Assembly (NCBI RefSeq): GCF_964355755.1
Contig: NC_092670.1
Location: 7,120,201 to 7,184,200 of the forward strand
Length of the DNA stretch: 64,000 nt
Source of the DNA: Antedon mediterranea
Taxonomy: Eukaryota; Animalia; Echinodermata
Direction: 5' to 3'
The translations under genes and the position numbers were made by a program. Positions 13,502 through 26,772 of this stretch are shown here, one piece after another (positions within the stretch are counted from its first letter, which is position 1; each line of letters opens with the position of its first letter). The notes under the pieces are model-generated. The model made no database searches and was not told where the DNA came from. It was given only the letters and a program-made list of their open reading frames with translations.

Positions 13502-13689
13502 GTAAGTTTAATTGTCTTTAACGTCATATCAAAATGCTAGTATTTAAGCATATATCCACAAAATGTATTAAAATTAGGCCTATGTTTAAGAATTTTGTAT
13601 TCTCTCTTGTAAGATTGATATAATTTTTGCTACGGTAGACCTAAAGTAAAAATGACATCACTTACATGATATCATTAATTTAATTGTAG

Positions 13690-13740
13690 ATGCAACAACG
13701 GACTTTCAAAAAGAGAGTAGTATCTCAACGATAGTAAATG
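13690..13740 (+). CDS. Linker microexon (DATTDFQKESSISTIVN)
   Basis: Paralog of 10342-10392 including intronic flanks; 51 nt, phase 1-1. Confidence 0.6.
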
Positions 13741-13833
13741 GTAGGTACAATCATACAGCATGACATTTTAAACATTTCTTTAAAAATATATTTTATTTAA
13801 TAAAGTATCTATATATTAATGTTATTGTTTTAG

Positions 13834-13887
13834 ACCAAAATGAGGGAACAATCAAAGAGAGTATATTATTAAAAACCAGATACAATG
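13834..13887 (+). CDS. Possible linker microexon (DQNEGTIKESILLKTRYN)
   Basis: ttttag acceptor, G|gtaata donor, 54 nt, phase 1-1. Confidence 0.4.
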
Positions 13888-14162
13888 GTAATACTATCAA
13901 TCTAAATAAGTTAAGGTATAAAGTTAACTTATTGTGATTACATTACTAGAAATGCGACTGACTATTTTAGCAATATACTATAACAATTTAATCAGCTTCA
14001 TTACACAACATAGAGATGCACCGAAAAGCTATAAAAAAACAGGTGTAACTAGCCTAATACTACTACTACCAATAATTAGCAATATCCACATAAGCTTACA
14101 GCTATATATTATTTTTAATTATTGCTTAATCAGTAACAAATCTTGTCTTATTACCTCACCAG

Positions 14163-14495
14163 ATTGTGTTGAAAATATTTATCTAAACAGTAATGATGTT
14201 ATCAACATAACTTCTCCAAATTATCCTGACAACTACGATAACAATGAAAACTGCGAATGGATCGTAGAAAGCCCTCAAAATACTGGAATTCTACTCACGT
14301 TTTATGATATAGAGCTCGAGAGCTGTTGTGACTTTTTTATTATAACGTATGTTGACGTCAATGGCGATACATTACTTATAGAGTGGAATAGTAACAACTC
14401 TATTCTGGTAACAACACACTTGAATATAACTTTTCAAACCGACTTGTCAGTTGTTAACAGAGGGTTTGCTCTAGGACTGAAGGTTATTGACATAG
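14163..14495 (+). CDS. CUB domain exon 1
   Basis: ITSPNYPDNYDNNENCEWIV..LESCCDF..FQTDLSVVNRGF; 333 nt, phase 1-1. Confidence 0.88.
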
Positions 14496-16827
14496 GTATG
14501 TTTACATTTTTTATTCAAGTATTTTATGCAATTTCTCAACTTAGAATTAACTGTTGATATTGAACAAATATTGATATGTTTATTTTTAAATATAAATAGA
14601 AAATGTAGAATATTCTTGCTTTACTCGAAAAACTGATATCCATACAAATTGATATTTTACTGATTATGTGTTTTGTATTAAGGAAAGATGAGTTTCAAAA
14701 CTGTCTTCAAAACATTTTATGTAATAAGAAAGATTTTCATTTAAAATTTTTAACTTGTTTATATACTACTTTTGAAAATGGATTAAATAATTTGTTTGAA
14801 GAGAAAACACGATGGATAACCCCACCGTAGATCTGACCAGCTTTATGTTGACTAAGATTGAAGAACGTGCTTGTATTGACTGGAGGAGTGATCTTGCATT
14901 AAAATATTCTCTTTTAGACTATCAAATTATTAAAGAAACCCCCTGCCTAGCAGTGGTGGCGCCATGATCTTTCCGACGTGGGGGCTAAATTCCCCGACGG
15001 AGGGGCTATACGAGCGAAGCGAGCATCGCTAGGCTGGGGGCAGGGGCCGCCGAGGGCCCCCGATGGAGGTGGTCCAGGGGCGACGCCCCCGGAAGCAACG
15101 CGTTATAGCGTAATTTGAGGCCGTTTTAATCAGATTTAGGGTAGCCAACTTTTTCCATTTTGTATGGTATACAGATAAGATACTGTGCGACAAAAAACAT
15201 AGCACGAGATCCGATGCGATGACTGTGTAAATCCATCCTTTCAATTTTAAAAATGAAGTTCATGATGCCTATCATAGAAAATATACGCGAACATAAAACT
15301 TCCCACGGGCCAAGATGTATATATCGTTATATTCGCAGAGGCGTAGGCAGGTTGCTGTCTGGTGGGGTGCGAAAATTGTAAGTGCGCGAGACTAACACCC
15401 ATGGGCTGATCTGTAAGAACATTTTGACAAATAGAGCTGCTAGGTCTCCGGAAATTGCAATTATACATTGATATATGAAAAGAAATTACAAGTCTACCAG
15501 AGAACTAGCCCACCGAGGTTGAGATAGAGCTAAGAACATTTTAAACAAGTAGAGTTGTTAGGTCCCCGGAAATTGGATTATAGTATTTCGAAAAAAAAAG
15601 AAACAAAATATATACGTCTAGTCTCCAGGACCAGGTGGTTGAGCTGCTAAGAAAATTGTGAAAAACAGAACTGCCAGGTACCTGGAAATTGCACTTGAAA
15701 TTGCCCATATTGATAAATGAAACAAAATTTTAAGTCTACAGGACCAGCCCGCCATGGATGGTTGGGTGGAGCTAAGAACATTTTGAAAAATAGAGCTGCT
15801 AGGTCCCTGCAAAACATTGAAATATGAAACGAAATTATAGGTCTACAGGACCAGTCCACCATGGTTTTGGGTTGGAGCTAAGAACATTTTGAACTAGAAA
15901 GCCACTCCGAGAGTGCATACCTCCGCCTACTGTAAAATTCTCCTACATAAGATTTGTCCGGTAAAAAAAATATATGTATTTTTAGTCTTAATGCTGTTTG
16001 TGATTTAGGCTAATTTCATTACAAGCATGTGTATGCGAGTTTGGTGTAATGGTTATGTAACAAGCCTTTCAATTAACAATAGCTTCAGTTGACTAACAAT
16101 AGAACAGCAACGCGAAAATCAAACGAGTGAATTTGAAAAGAAATAGGTTTTTTTAAACTACTCGCATAAAAAAACGTGCACATTAAATCAAATTATGTTT
16201 TAAAATTACAAATCAAAACTTATAACTCTTGCCTCTTGTTCAAAAATGAAGTTTTTTGGACAAGTAGTTCTCGAGAAAATGCAATTTCAGTTTACTTGTT
16301 ACTTTAAGACTGCTCGCCGGCTTTTGAAAAATTCTGTCCTATTTTTTAACACTAGCAGGTCTGAAAAAGTATACTAAAAAGTGGTCCAGAATTGGGACTG
16401 TCGTCCCAAATGGTCCCAAAAGTTAATGGAATGGTCCTTGACCACATATCTATCTGTCTATTCATTTTGGTAAAGATCTTGTAAATACTTTCCTGCTAAC
16501 AAACAAACAAACAAACTAGCCTTCGCGCATAGCGCGATACTTGGCCCAATCAAAATTGGCCTAATGACCTTGACCCGATTTTTACCAAAAGTGTGTGTCT
16601 TGTGCTGTGTGATTTAGGCTAAATCCACTACAATCATGTGTATACGAGTTTGGTGTAAAGGTTATGTAACAAGCCTTTCAATTAACAATAGCTTCAGAGG
16701 ACTAACAAAATAAAACAGCAACGCGAAAAACACACGGGTGAATTTGAAAAGAAATAGGTTTTTAAACTATTCGCATCAAAAAACCTGTATATTAAATCTA
16801 ATTCAGTTTTAAAATTACAAATCACAA

Positions 16828-19707
16828 ACTAGAATTTAATTCGTCACTTTGACGAATTATAGGTGATCATTTTTATCATTTTAATAAAATTAACATTTTT
16901 TAAACATGCATGTACGTTAACATACGATCGTTAAAAGTTGATGTACGCCATCCTATGACATGATGCGTTATACACTTATAGTATTGAGTTCTACCTATTA
17001 TGTGTCATACAATATGTACAGTATATACTGTATATCTATATACAGTGTAGCATAGGTGAAATTACGGGACACATATCGTGTTCTAATTTTTTGGTATGAT
17101 GGAATTTTCAAAATAAACTCGAAGATGACAATTTCGAAAGATAATGAATTGAACAAATAAATATAAGGATTGGAAGAAAATTTTACACGTAGAAGCGCAA
17201 TGCGCGGTCTTTGAAATTTGTATAACTTTGACTAAAGAAATTTAAAAACTACTTTTTAACTTCAACTGGCCATATGATAACATCACAACATCCGATAGGC
17301 TTAATTTTAATATGAATTCATATCTACATTTCATCAGCTTTCATAATAAGTTATAATCTTTAAGGTCACCTTTAATTCTGAAGAGCTATAAGATATTCAA
17401 ATGTATGGTGTAGCTGAAATTACACGACCTAGGTTATTCAAGTTTTTACGCGTGATGACGTCATCAAAATAAAAATGTTGACAACTCATTAGAAGAATAA
17501 TTAAGCAAGCACCTACTAAAAGTTGTGCAAAAATCGGGCTCAAATAACGGAGATGCGCTCTATTGAATGTGATAACCCACACAAAAAGAAAAAAATTCCT
17601 AATTTTTAAATTCAAGTGGCCATTTGATGACGTCATACCATTTTGTACGTCTAATGTGTATATACATTTGTATCTACAACTTATTGGCTTCCATAATAAG
17701 TTAAAAAAATTTGGGGTCATCTACAATTCTGAAGAGTTATATTCATTTTAAAAAGTCCTTATTTTTTACCATTTTTAGCACTTTTGTACAATTAGTGTGA
17801 GCATTTTGTCATTTTTAACGTGCTCGTATAGCGTTATTTTAAGTCGGAATGGACTCAAAATTGGTGAATGTACTAAGGATTGTGAGTAGAATGTGATTTA
17901 TACATCAAATTTTATTTTTTACGCATTTTAAGAATCGTGCGCACAAAAACGCATTTTTGCGCAGTAATTTTTTGAAACGCGCAAATGGCCTAATTCATGC
18001 TCTAAATTGATCAAAACCTAATTTTGCGCGTTTTAAATTTTTAACGCGCGATTTCACGTGCATGACCTTGAAACGCGCAACTTTTTATTTTTTAATATTT
18101 TTACCCTTGACCTCAAGTTTACCTGTAGTGAATTTCATTAATATGTCATAATGAATTATGGAGATATGATTGATAATGTGATTTCACAAAATGGCGTATA
18201 AATGACGTCACGGATGAGTGATCACGCTGGAAAGCATAATATTAGGATTAAGTTATATTATTTGAAAGATATTCTGAAATTTTGGTAATCATTGACATTA
18301 AACTTTTTGAGATAATTGTTACACAAAATAGTGTACAGAAACAATAAAAAGAAAAAAAATAACTAGACATGAAACTCGTCACTTGAGGACAAGTTTGGTT
18401 ATCCGCCCGCAACAAAACGTATCTTGCGCATTCAAGTACTTTTCAGTTATGGCTTTTCCAAAAAGTAGCCTATTCGAAATTAAAACTGCCTTTTCAGTGT
18501 AACAACCAAATAAATCCTTTTATTAAATTGTTTTCCCGTGACGGGACTCGATCCCGGTACCTCTGATACCAAAGTCGGTGGCACTACACATCGAGCCATA
18601 TGAGCACCTGCTGAAGAAAATCCGACGAAAGTTTACTCGTTCATTCGGTATGTCGTGAACCACTCGATGCAAATAGATTATTACTTATCAAACTAAATCA
18701 TAGTTTTTACTATGAAGAAATCTTCACAAATTTTAAACAGTGACATATTATAAAAGTGCATACTTTTAAGTTTTATATATTAACATGTGAAGAAAAAAGA
18801 TAAACGTTATGTTTATTATTTTGCTATTTGAAAATATTTATGTTTGATTGATGATAAAAATTTCAAAATTTATATTTAATATGCAAATAATGTAGCCACC
18901 AAACACGTTTTAACATTCAACATTATAATAAATCAGACCTATGATTCATACACTGGAAGAAAATAAAATAAAAAATGGGGGTAACCTTGCATTCTGATGA
19001 ACTGTATCATTTTTAAAAGTATACATATTTTGCAACATTTTCAAATTTTTTTAACATTTTACGTGCGCAACCAGTCATGTTTAACGTGCTCGTAGAACGT
19101 CATTTCAAGTTGAATTGTGATTAAAATAACGTAAAATTGTTAACCGAAGATTGAAAAACACAACTCGTGCAAAAGAAATGCTCATACGTGTTCCCTGCGC
19201 CGTGCGCACGTAAAAATGTGCGCACCTGGTGGCAATTTTTCAAACCCTTAAAATGACCTGAATCGTGTTCTAATTTAATCAGAAATTGATTTGGAGCATT
19301 TTAAAATTTCAAAAGCCGTTTACGCGCGCACTTTCCAATGTTACAAATGTCGGTAGCGATAAAAAAGTTAGCAATTGATGTAAAGCAAACGTGGCTGGAA
19401 ATTACGTTAAAAAATAACTTAAGATTTTCAGAAATTCGCGCGTAACTTACGCTACGCGGATCTGACAGCGTCCAAAAGCTTCGCTGCACAACTTCAGTTA
19501 AATGTCGAAATGTTTACAAAGTTACAACATGTTATGTTAACACGTTGCAGAGAAAAGTTGAACACAAAAAGTGTTGGAAATATGGAAGAATAATAAAAAA
19601 AAGAAACACTACAATTCCAAGAGCTTATCCGCCTTGAGGCGGATAACCAATGATAAAGATTTCATACAATAACAATAGGTGATCATTTTATTCTAAATGA
19701 TCACCTA
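16828..19707 (-). mobile_element. HINE 'W' nested in Y1
   Basis: ACTAG, hairpin AATTCGTCACTTTGACGAATT, subTIR AGGTGATCATTT; far end hairpin AGGTGATCATTT..AAATGATCACCT; removal restores atcacaaattataac seen near 37546. Confidence 0.75.
18362..19650 (-). mobile_element. HINE 'V' nested in W
   Basis: ACTAG, imperfect hairpin, subTIR ggttatccgcc; far end hairpin TTATCCGCCTTGAGGCGGATAA. Confidence 0.7.
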
Positions 19708-20106
19708 ATTATAACTCTTGCCTCTTGTACAAAATGAAGTTTTTTGGACAAGTAGTTCCCGAGAAAATGCAATTTAAGTTTACTTGTTAATTTAAGACTG
19801 CTCACCGGCTTTTGATAATTCTGTCCTATCTTTTAACACTAGCAGGTCTGAAAATAATTTTTAAAAGTGGTCCAGAATTGGGACCGTGGTCCGGATTTTA
19901 ACCAAAATTGGGCAGTGTCGTCCTTGCACCAGGTGACATGTATGGTAGTAATTTGGAGTCATTCGAATCAAAATTGTGAGCGCTAGAGTGATGATAAACA
20001 AACAAACACACACACACACACATCCACAAACCGCACCAATCAACATACTTGGCCAATTTTAAATTTGGCCAAGTAACAAACACACAAACCAAACAGATCA
20101 AAAAAC

Positions 20107-21109
20107 TACGGTGGCCTATAAGTGTCACGGCAACTTTCTAAAAATATCACGGCAACTTTCAAAAAAAGCTACGGTAATTTGAAAAAAGCCACGGCAATTT
20201 GAAAAAAGCCACGGCAAATTAAAAATAAAACATCACGGCAAATTAAAAATAAAACATCGCGGCAATTTAACAAAAATACCACGGCAACTTAAAAATGAAA
20301 CACCACGGCCCGCACCACGGCAAATTAGTATTGAAACACCACGGCAAATTAGTAATGAAACATCACGGCAAATTACAGAATGCCACGGCGGAAGTGAGTT
20401 ACCACGGCGGAAGTGAAACCTTTGGAATCTTCGTTTTTTTCTGATGTAAGTAATTATTTGTGCATTGAAGTAAATATTATTATATTAATTTATTATATTT
20501 AACTGCAGCATTTTACGTGTTGATTGCACTAGGCCTAGCTATGCCTACTACTAGCCCTAGGCCTTAGGCCTACAGTAGTAGCTAGGTCTACTGTAAAAAC
20601 AACTTGTTATATAAAAAACAGATTACTGTAAATATATTAAAACATTGTAGAATGTTATAGGGCCTAGGCCTACCTTGTAATAAGGCCTATGGTCTAGCCC
20701 GGCCTAGAAAGTTTAAGAAAAGTGCAATAAACACGTAAACTGCTGCAGTTAAATAAATTAATATAATATTTACATCAATGCACAAATAATTACTTACCTC
20801 AGAAAAAATCGAAGATTCCAAAGGTTTCACTTCCGCCGTGGTAAATCACTTCCGCCGTGGCATTCTGTAAATTGCCGTGGTGTTTCACTATTAATTTGCC
20901 GTGGTGTTTCAATACTAATTTGCCTTGGTGTTTCATTTTTAAGTTGCCCTGGTATTTTTGTTAAATTGCCGCGATGTTTTATTTTTAATTTGCCGTGATG
21001 TTTTATTTTTAATTTGCCGTGGCTTTTTTCAAATTGCCGCCGTGGCTTTTTTTGAAAAAATTGCCGTGATATTTTTTGAAAGTTGCCGTGACACTTATAG
21101 GCCACCGTA
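20107..21109. mobile_element. IS3EU-like foldback MITE
   Basis: TACGGTGGCC..GGCCACCGTA termini, 6-bp TSD aaaaac, ~430-bp inverted arms made of CACGGCAA repeats. Confidence 0.75.
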
Positions 21110-23012
21110 AAAAACTTCTATATTAAATCTAATTCAGTTTTAAAATTACAAATCACACATTATAACACTTGCCTCTTGTACAAAAATGAAGTTTTTTGGA
21201 CAAGTAGTTCCCGAGAAAATGCAATTTAAGTTTACTTGTTAATTTACTAGATGGTACGCTCGCTTCGCTCGCGTACCATCTAGGTCGTGCCCATAGATGG
21301 TTCTCGAATACATAATAATTTCAGCGTTAAAAAATTGGCGATTTCAAATGCACGTACCGCAAGACAATAATACATGTCGTTTACAGGAACGAATAAATAG
21401 ACACTGTGATTTATGTACTGAACTAAAATTAGCACCCTGGGAATTACTTCCGAAAGAGAAACTTGTCACAAAATGAGACCAATATATTAAGTCAAATTTA
21501 AACAAACTTAATTTGTGTTTTGTATGCAACATTAGGGTTGAGGGATGGGAAAGAGGATGGGTGCAAAGAGGAACAATTTTTAAATATATTCTTTATCCAT
21601 GTAGTAACGAAATATTAATTGTTTTCATATAATATACCACTAAACACAGTAAAACATTGCGATGTAATACTTTGTTTAAACTATCACCGTCCTAGTCGAT
21701 TGAAATAGTATAGTACATGTAACGATACATCACTACGACGTGTATAATATGTTTATATAATGTAAAACAATTTGTGAAAACCACCCCTATTCGTGGCAAA
21801 CCATAAATTCGATTTAATCGTCAATAAATATTAAATCATCTAACTCAACTTAATTAGTAGGCCTAATGGTTTTCAATTGTTTCTTAGAGCCAATTCATAC
21901 TTAAGTTGGTTCCTAACCCTACCCACCAAAGTTGTTCTGCGTTTAGGGCATGTGATGCACAGTAGGCCTATCAGGCTCTATTATGGCTTTACAACGCTAC
22001 TCATGCGAGTGAGGGAAGGGTGATGATATGGGTGGTTTAACTGCAATAATAAAGATTTGTACATAATAAATATACGGCGACTGAAAACGCTAGCACCAGC
22101 TCATTATCCGTTTAAAAAAAATTATATCCAACCTCTGCAGCACAGATTGGAAAACAAATGGATCGAATTTCTGTTATGAGTATACAGTACTTTCCTTTAC
22201 GACGCCTGAGAGAATAGACACTTGTGGAACGACACAGAGATTGGAATGTTCCATTCATCGCAAATCAATACATTTGTATAAACGTATATTAAATTTATCA
22301 AAAAAGTATTTTTTTAAGAAAATCGGCCTGTCTTCAACATCATGATATTTTACTCGAGCTGTTCAACCGGTTTTCAGCTATTAAAAACAATTATCGTAGG
22401 AGGAGATAAGAAAATGCGAAGCCTCCTCGAATTTTTGTGGCGGGTATTTTTCAAGATTGACGTCCATTAGACAGTGTATACCACGATCGGAAAACACCCC
22501 TATTTGGGGCAAATCGTTGAACCTAAATTCGTTTTAATCGTCAATAACTAATTATCTAACTTAATTTAATTAGTAAACAGGGTTACATCAGGTGGTTAAA
22601 ATCAGTACCGAAAGTACGAACCAACTTTATATACCATCGAGTAAAAATTCTAAAAGTAAGGCGCGATTTACCGATTTTTGCCCTTACGTAAATTAATATA
22701 TAGAAGACTGCTCACCGGCTTTTGATAATTCTGTCCTATCTTTTAACACTAGCAGGTCTGAAAATAATTTTTAAAAGTGGTCCAGAATTAGGACCGTGGT
22801 CCCGATTTTAACCAAAATTGGGCAGTGTCGTCCTTGCACCAGGTGACATTGACATGTATGGTATTAATTTGGAGTCATTCGAATCAAAATTGTGAGCGCT
22901 AGAGTGATGACAAACAAACACACACACACACAAACACACACATCCACACACACACACACAAACAAACCGCACCAATCAACATACTTGGCCAATTTTAAAT
23001 TTGGCCAAGTAA
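21110..23012 (-). mobile_element. HINE 'Y2' (lacks its CTAG end; interrupted by a Helitron)
   Basis: Near-identical to Y1 over 19708-20076, with the same terminal hairpin at 22982-23011. Confidence 0.7.
21247..22704 (-). mobile_element. Non-autonomous Helitron (family X)
   Basis: CTAG hairpin at left, GA (TC on minus) at right; removal restores gttaatttaagactg as near 19786; no TSD. Confidence 0.85.
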
Positions 23013-23520
23013 CAAGCACCATACTATCGGTATTTTTTTAGATTAGTCAAAAGCATTTGACACCATAAATCATAACATTATTATTTCAGAGGCCTTCCAC
23101 TACTACTTTTAAAAGAATACTTATCATTTCGCTAACAATATACTTAATACACTCAACCAATTCTCAACTCTTGCATGTTACCTGTGGGGTCAAGGGTCAA
23201 TCATTGGCCCACTACTCTTTTTTTCTCTAAAGGCAATACCCATCATAAATAATTCATTTAAAACAAAATACAAACAAATACTTATTTCAAACTATTTAAA
23301 ACATTAGTACTTCACAATTGCCTTAAGACTGTTCTTTTCTTCCTTTTTTGTGCCCCTTTATTTAATTTCATTTGTCAATTTGATGAAAGAAAGAAGTAGT
23401 TTTTTTTTCTCTCACTTATTATAAATAACTAAATATATGTTTACTTACCTGGAGGACCAAACTTAAACTGTCACTGGATAATAACTTCTTTACTCTTTAA
23501 TTTTTTGTTATATTTTTCAG

Positions 23521-23859
23521 AATGCATAACAAATATATATCTTGAGGATGAGAATGTTTTATATTCATTTTCGTCTCCAAATTATCCGAATAATTACTAC
23601 AACAATTTAAATTGCGAATGGACAGTGTCCACCTCATCAGAGTTTGTCATTCTCCTTCAGTTCAAAGACTTTCAACTAGAGTATGGATGGGATTATCTGT
23701 ATGTTGGGTTTGAAGAAAATAGTTATGAGTATACTTTCACAGGTTCATCCACCATTCATTCTATAATTTCCGAAAACTCGACACTGTGGATACGTTTCTA
23801 CACGGACTCTAGTGTGACATATAGAGGATTCCATGCAACAGTAACAGCTTTAACAAATG
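23521..23859 (+). CDS. CUB domain exon 2
   Basis: FSSPNYPNNYYNNLNCEW..LEYGWDYLYV..FYTDSSVTYRGFHA; 339 nt, phase 1-1. Confidence 0.88.
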
Positions 23860-24200
23860 GTAATTGTGTGTGTCTTAACTTATGTTATCGCTTTTAAAAT
23901 GATCTTTATGTGGACCACAGACATGACATAAGCCTTCAACAACGTCCAAATAAAACCCAGTTATCATCCACAAAATAAATTACTCCCAATTACTTCCATT
24001 TAGCTTGGAATGCACTGTGATAATACTTATGTTCCATATTTTACATTATACCACAATTGTTCCACAAGGTAGGTTGTTGATTGTAAACACTATTGATGAC
24101 AGGTTAAATGCTGATTTCGAGCCTAGTGCGTCGAACACAAAATTGCGAACATTTGGATTTCTTAGATTTGCTTATAATCAAAATCTCATTTTGTCTTTAG

Positions 24201-24344
24201 CTATCGGTAATATAAAAACTGATTTCCAGACTGGTTTGAATAGTTGGACTCAAGAATTGGATGATAATTTTGATTGGACAAGGAGGTATGGCTCTACGCT
24301 ATCATTTAACACTGGACCGAGAAATGGTCATTCAGGATATGTAG
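24201..24344 (+). CDS. MAM domain exon a
   Basis: TDFQTGLNSWTQELDDNFDWTR..TGPRNGHS; 144 nt, phase 1-1. Confidence 0.8.
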
Positions 24345-24519
24345 GTACGTTATACGTATAAAATGTAGTTTAAAGTTTTTTACTAACTTTTATTCGTTAC
24401 TTTCATAGGCCTAGACAGTGTTACCTTCTTAATTAGTGTATATTTTTACTGCAAAATTTACCGATATATAAAGAATTACAATGTAAAATAATCACTTTTG
24501 TTTATTTCTACTTACACAG

Positions 24520-24849
24520 CTGATTATTATGTCTATATTGAAACATCACTAATCGGTTCTGGATTGACAGCTCGCATAAGAAGTCCATTGCTACCACAAA
24601 GTCAAAATATAACTTTATCATTTTACTATCATATGTACGGAGATACTATTGGAACACTCAATGTTTATAGAAAATCTAACGGGAATGATGAACTTTTATG
24701 GTCGAGATATGGTAACCAAGGAAATGTATGGCTTTATGGTGTAGTGCAATTATCGAATACTGGTTATGGCTATATCGTATTCGAAGGGATTTCGGGAAGT
24801 TCATTTACCGGTGACATTGCGATTGATGATATCTATATTAGTTATAATG
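24520..24849 (+). CDS. MAM domain exon b
   Basis: YVYIETS..ARIRSP..LSFYYHMYGDTIGTLNVY..GNQGNVW..GDIAIDDI; 330 nt. Confidence 0.9.
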
Positions 24850-25670
24850 GTATGTAATTTTTAATACAGAATATATGTTTTATTGAAATTGTCGAAGATA
24901 TGTCATTTGTATTAAAAAATGGTATTTAACTATCGAAAAAGTATACTTCGAGCTATGCTGCCCTAATTTGGTTTAACTACATTTTTTTAGATTGAAATTG
25001 TTGTCTTATTTGACTCTTGAGGGTATACTCTCACTTGTATTGACCATTTATACCAAAATATGGCTTTAAAAATGAAATGTAATAATTAATAATTGGGCTT
25101 ATCTACAAACACCCATAGAAATAATCTGACAAAATCATAATGAAATATAGGCCTATAATGAAGCAGATTATGCACTTTCATAATACATTTTTATTTTTAC
25201 AACTTGTTCAGCAAATTACCTAATCTAAATTACACTTTATTTCAACATTTAGATCAAAAAACAAACAAAATAACTGCAAAAGTGCCGCCCTGTTTTTTAA
25301 AGTATGTCGTGCCATTTCCAAGTACAAATAATTCGGAAAAAAGGCATTATCTGCAATTTGACCCCGCAAAATAAAAATAAAAATTGAAAAATATGTGAGC
25401 TATTTTTTTTAATGTAATGTATATACTCATTTGAAAATAAAATACAACTTGAACTGTTTGAAGAAAAAAACTCGCGTTGGTCAATTACCAATTAGAATTG
25501 TGTAGCTAAACCCTTTTCTTAAAGTAGTGCAGTATGCCATCCGTCATAAATACAACAGATTCTTTTGAAATTGGATTATGTATAATTTATAAGCGACAAT
25601 GTTGTATTGGTCAGTAGTTTCCTTTTTCGGTAGATTAATTGTGATTAATCTAATTATAATATTTATTTAG

Positions 25671-25808
25671 GGCTGTGTGATTATGTATGCGATTTAACTG
25701 GATTGTGTGTAAATAGTAGTCGCATCTGTGATGGTATAAATGATTGTCAAAATGGAGACGACGAAAATAGATGCGGAGCAACGCCATTTCCTACATCCTA
25801 TCCAAACG
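25671..25808 (+). CDS. LDL-receptor class A exon 1
   Basis: LCDYVCDLTGLCVNSSRICDGINDCQNGDDENRC; 138 nt, phase 1-1. Confidence 0.85.
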
Positions 25809-26772
25809 GTTTGTTATTTTAGTTTTAAAGGAGATATCCTATTCAGATACAATAGAGCCCCTTTCTCACAGAGCTGAGTGCCAGGAATATTGCGGGAATA
25901 TACCATTACCATGCCGGTATGGTTTTCTGTGAGAACGGGTCGTCTTGGCACCATGCCGGCATCGACATGACCTGCTTTAGACCTAGTAATATTCTAGGGA
26001 TATTCCCCGCAATGCCAGACGGGCATTCTGTGAGAACGTAACGCCGTTATATTCCGGGGTTCCCTGTCGAGGCTTCAGACACCTTGCGCGGTCAAGTGTA
26101 TCACTTTGGCGCCGATTCAATTCAATTAACAATAATAATGTCGAACTGGTGGGATAATGAGATAACAGAGCTGCTTAAAATAAGGGGACAAGAAGAAATT
26201 TGGGCGTTACTGCAGTTTCGCACCACACTGTTATATCTTCGATTTCTCGCTTAATTTTTTTCTCACACCCACATCATACAATTTTGGGCCATTATGTAAC
26301 ATGTTCCCATGATTTAGCCACCGTTAATTACCTTTATCATAACAAAAAATGCCTTTCAAAACAGCTCCTTTTTTCGCGAATACTTCGATCGAACTGTGGC
26401 CATTTTAGAATCAGAAAATTGCCAGAAATCAATGTATGTTTTATTTTCTGTTTTTATTTTTAAACTGCAAAGAGTGGTTTTTATAAAGAACCAGCTGTAC
26501 ATATCAAAAGGGCGACGATATGAGTCCGTACATAAAACATTGATAGGAACCATTAATATGAATAATAATACTAATAATGAAATATTAATTTAGCCTTTAT
26601 TATTTCGCCAGCTGAAAACATTTCTTGCTTTTCAATCGGATTTTATAACACTGCCCTCTATAGTTTCTATAATTTTTGGGGGAAAATGAAGCATAAATTC
26701 TGGCAATTAAGTGATAAATATAAGATGGCGAACATTTCGCAGTGTGTTGACAGCGAGTTCAGTATTGTTTAA

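Larger units (their letters stand above)
16515..20076 (-). mobile_element. HINE 'Y1' (complete) inserted in the (aaac)n tract of Z
   Basis: ACTAG, hairpin TCGCGCATAGCGCGA, subTIR tacttggcc; far end hairpin TACTTGGCCAA..TTGGCCAAGTA beside a CA/AAAC microsatellite. Confidence 0.72.

Noticed and set aside
20125-20415. CRISPR-like short repeats (CACGGCAA) with variable spacers
   Set aside because: Repeats are about 8 bp, spacers resemble each other, the array is mirrored in the opposite arm of a TSD-flanked MITE, and the context is eukaryotic with no cas genes.
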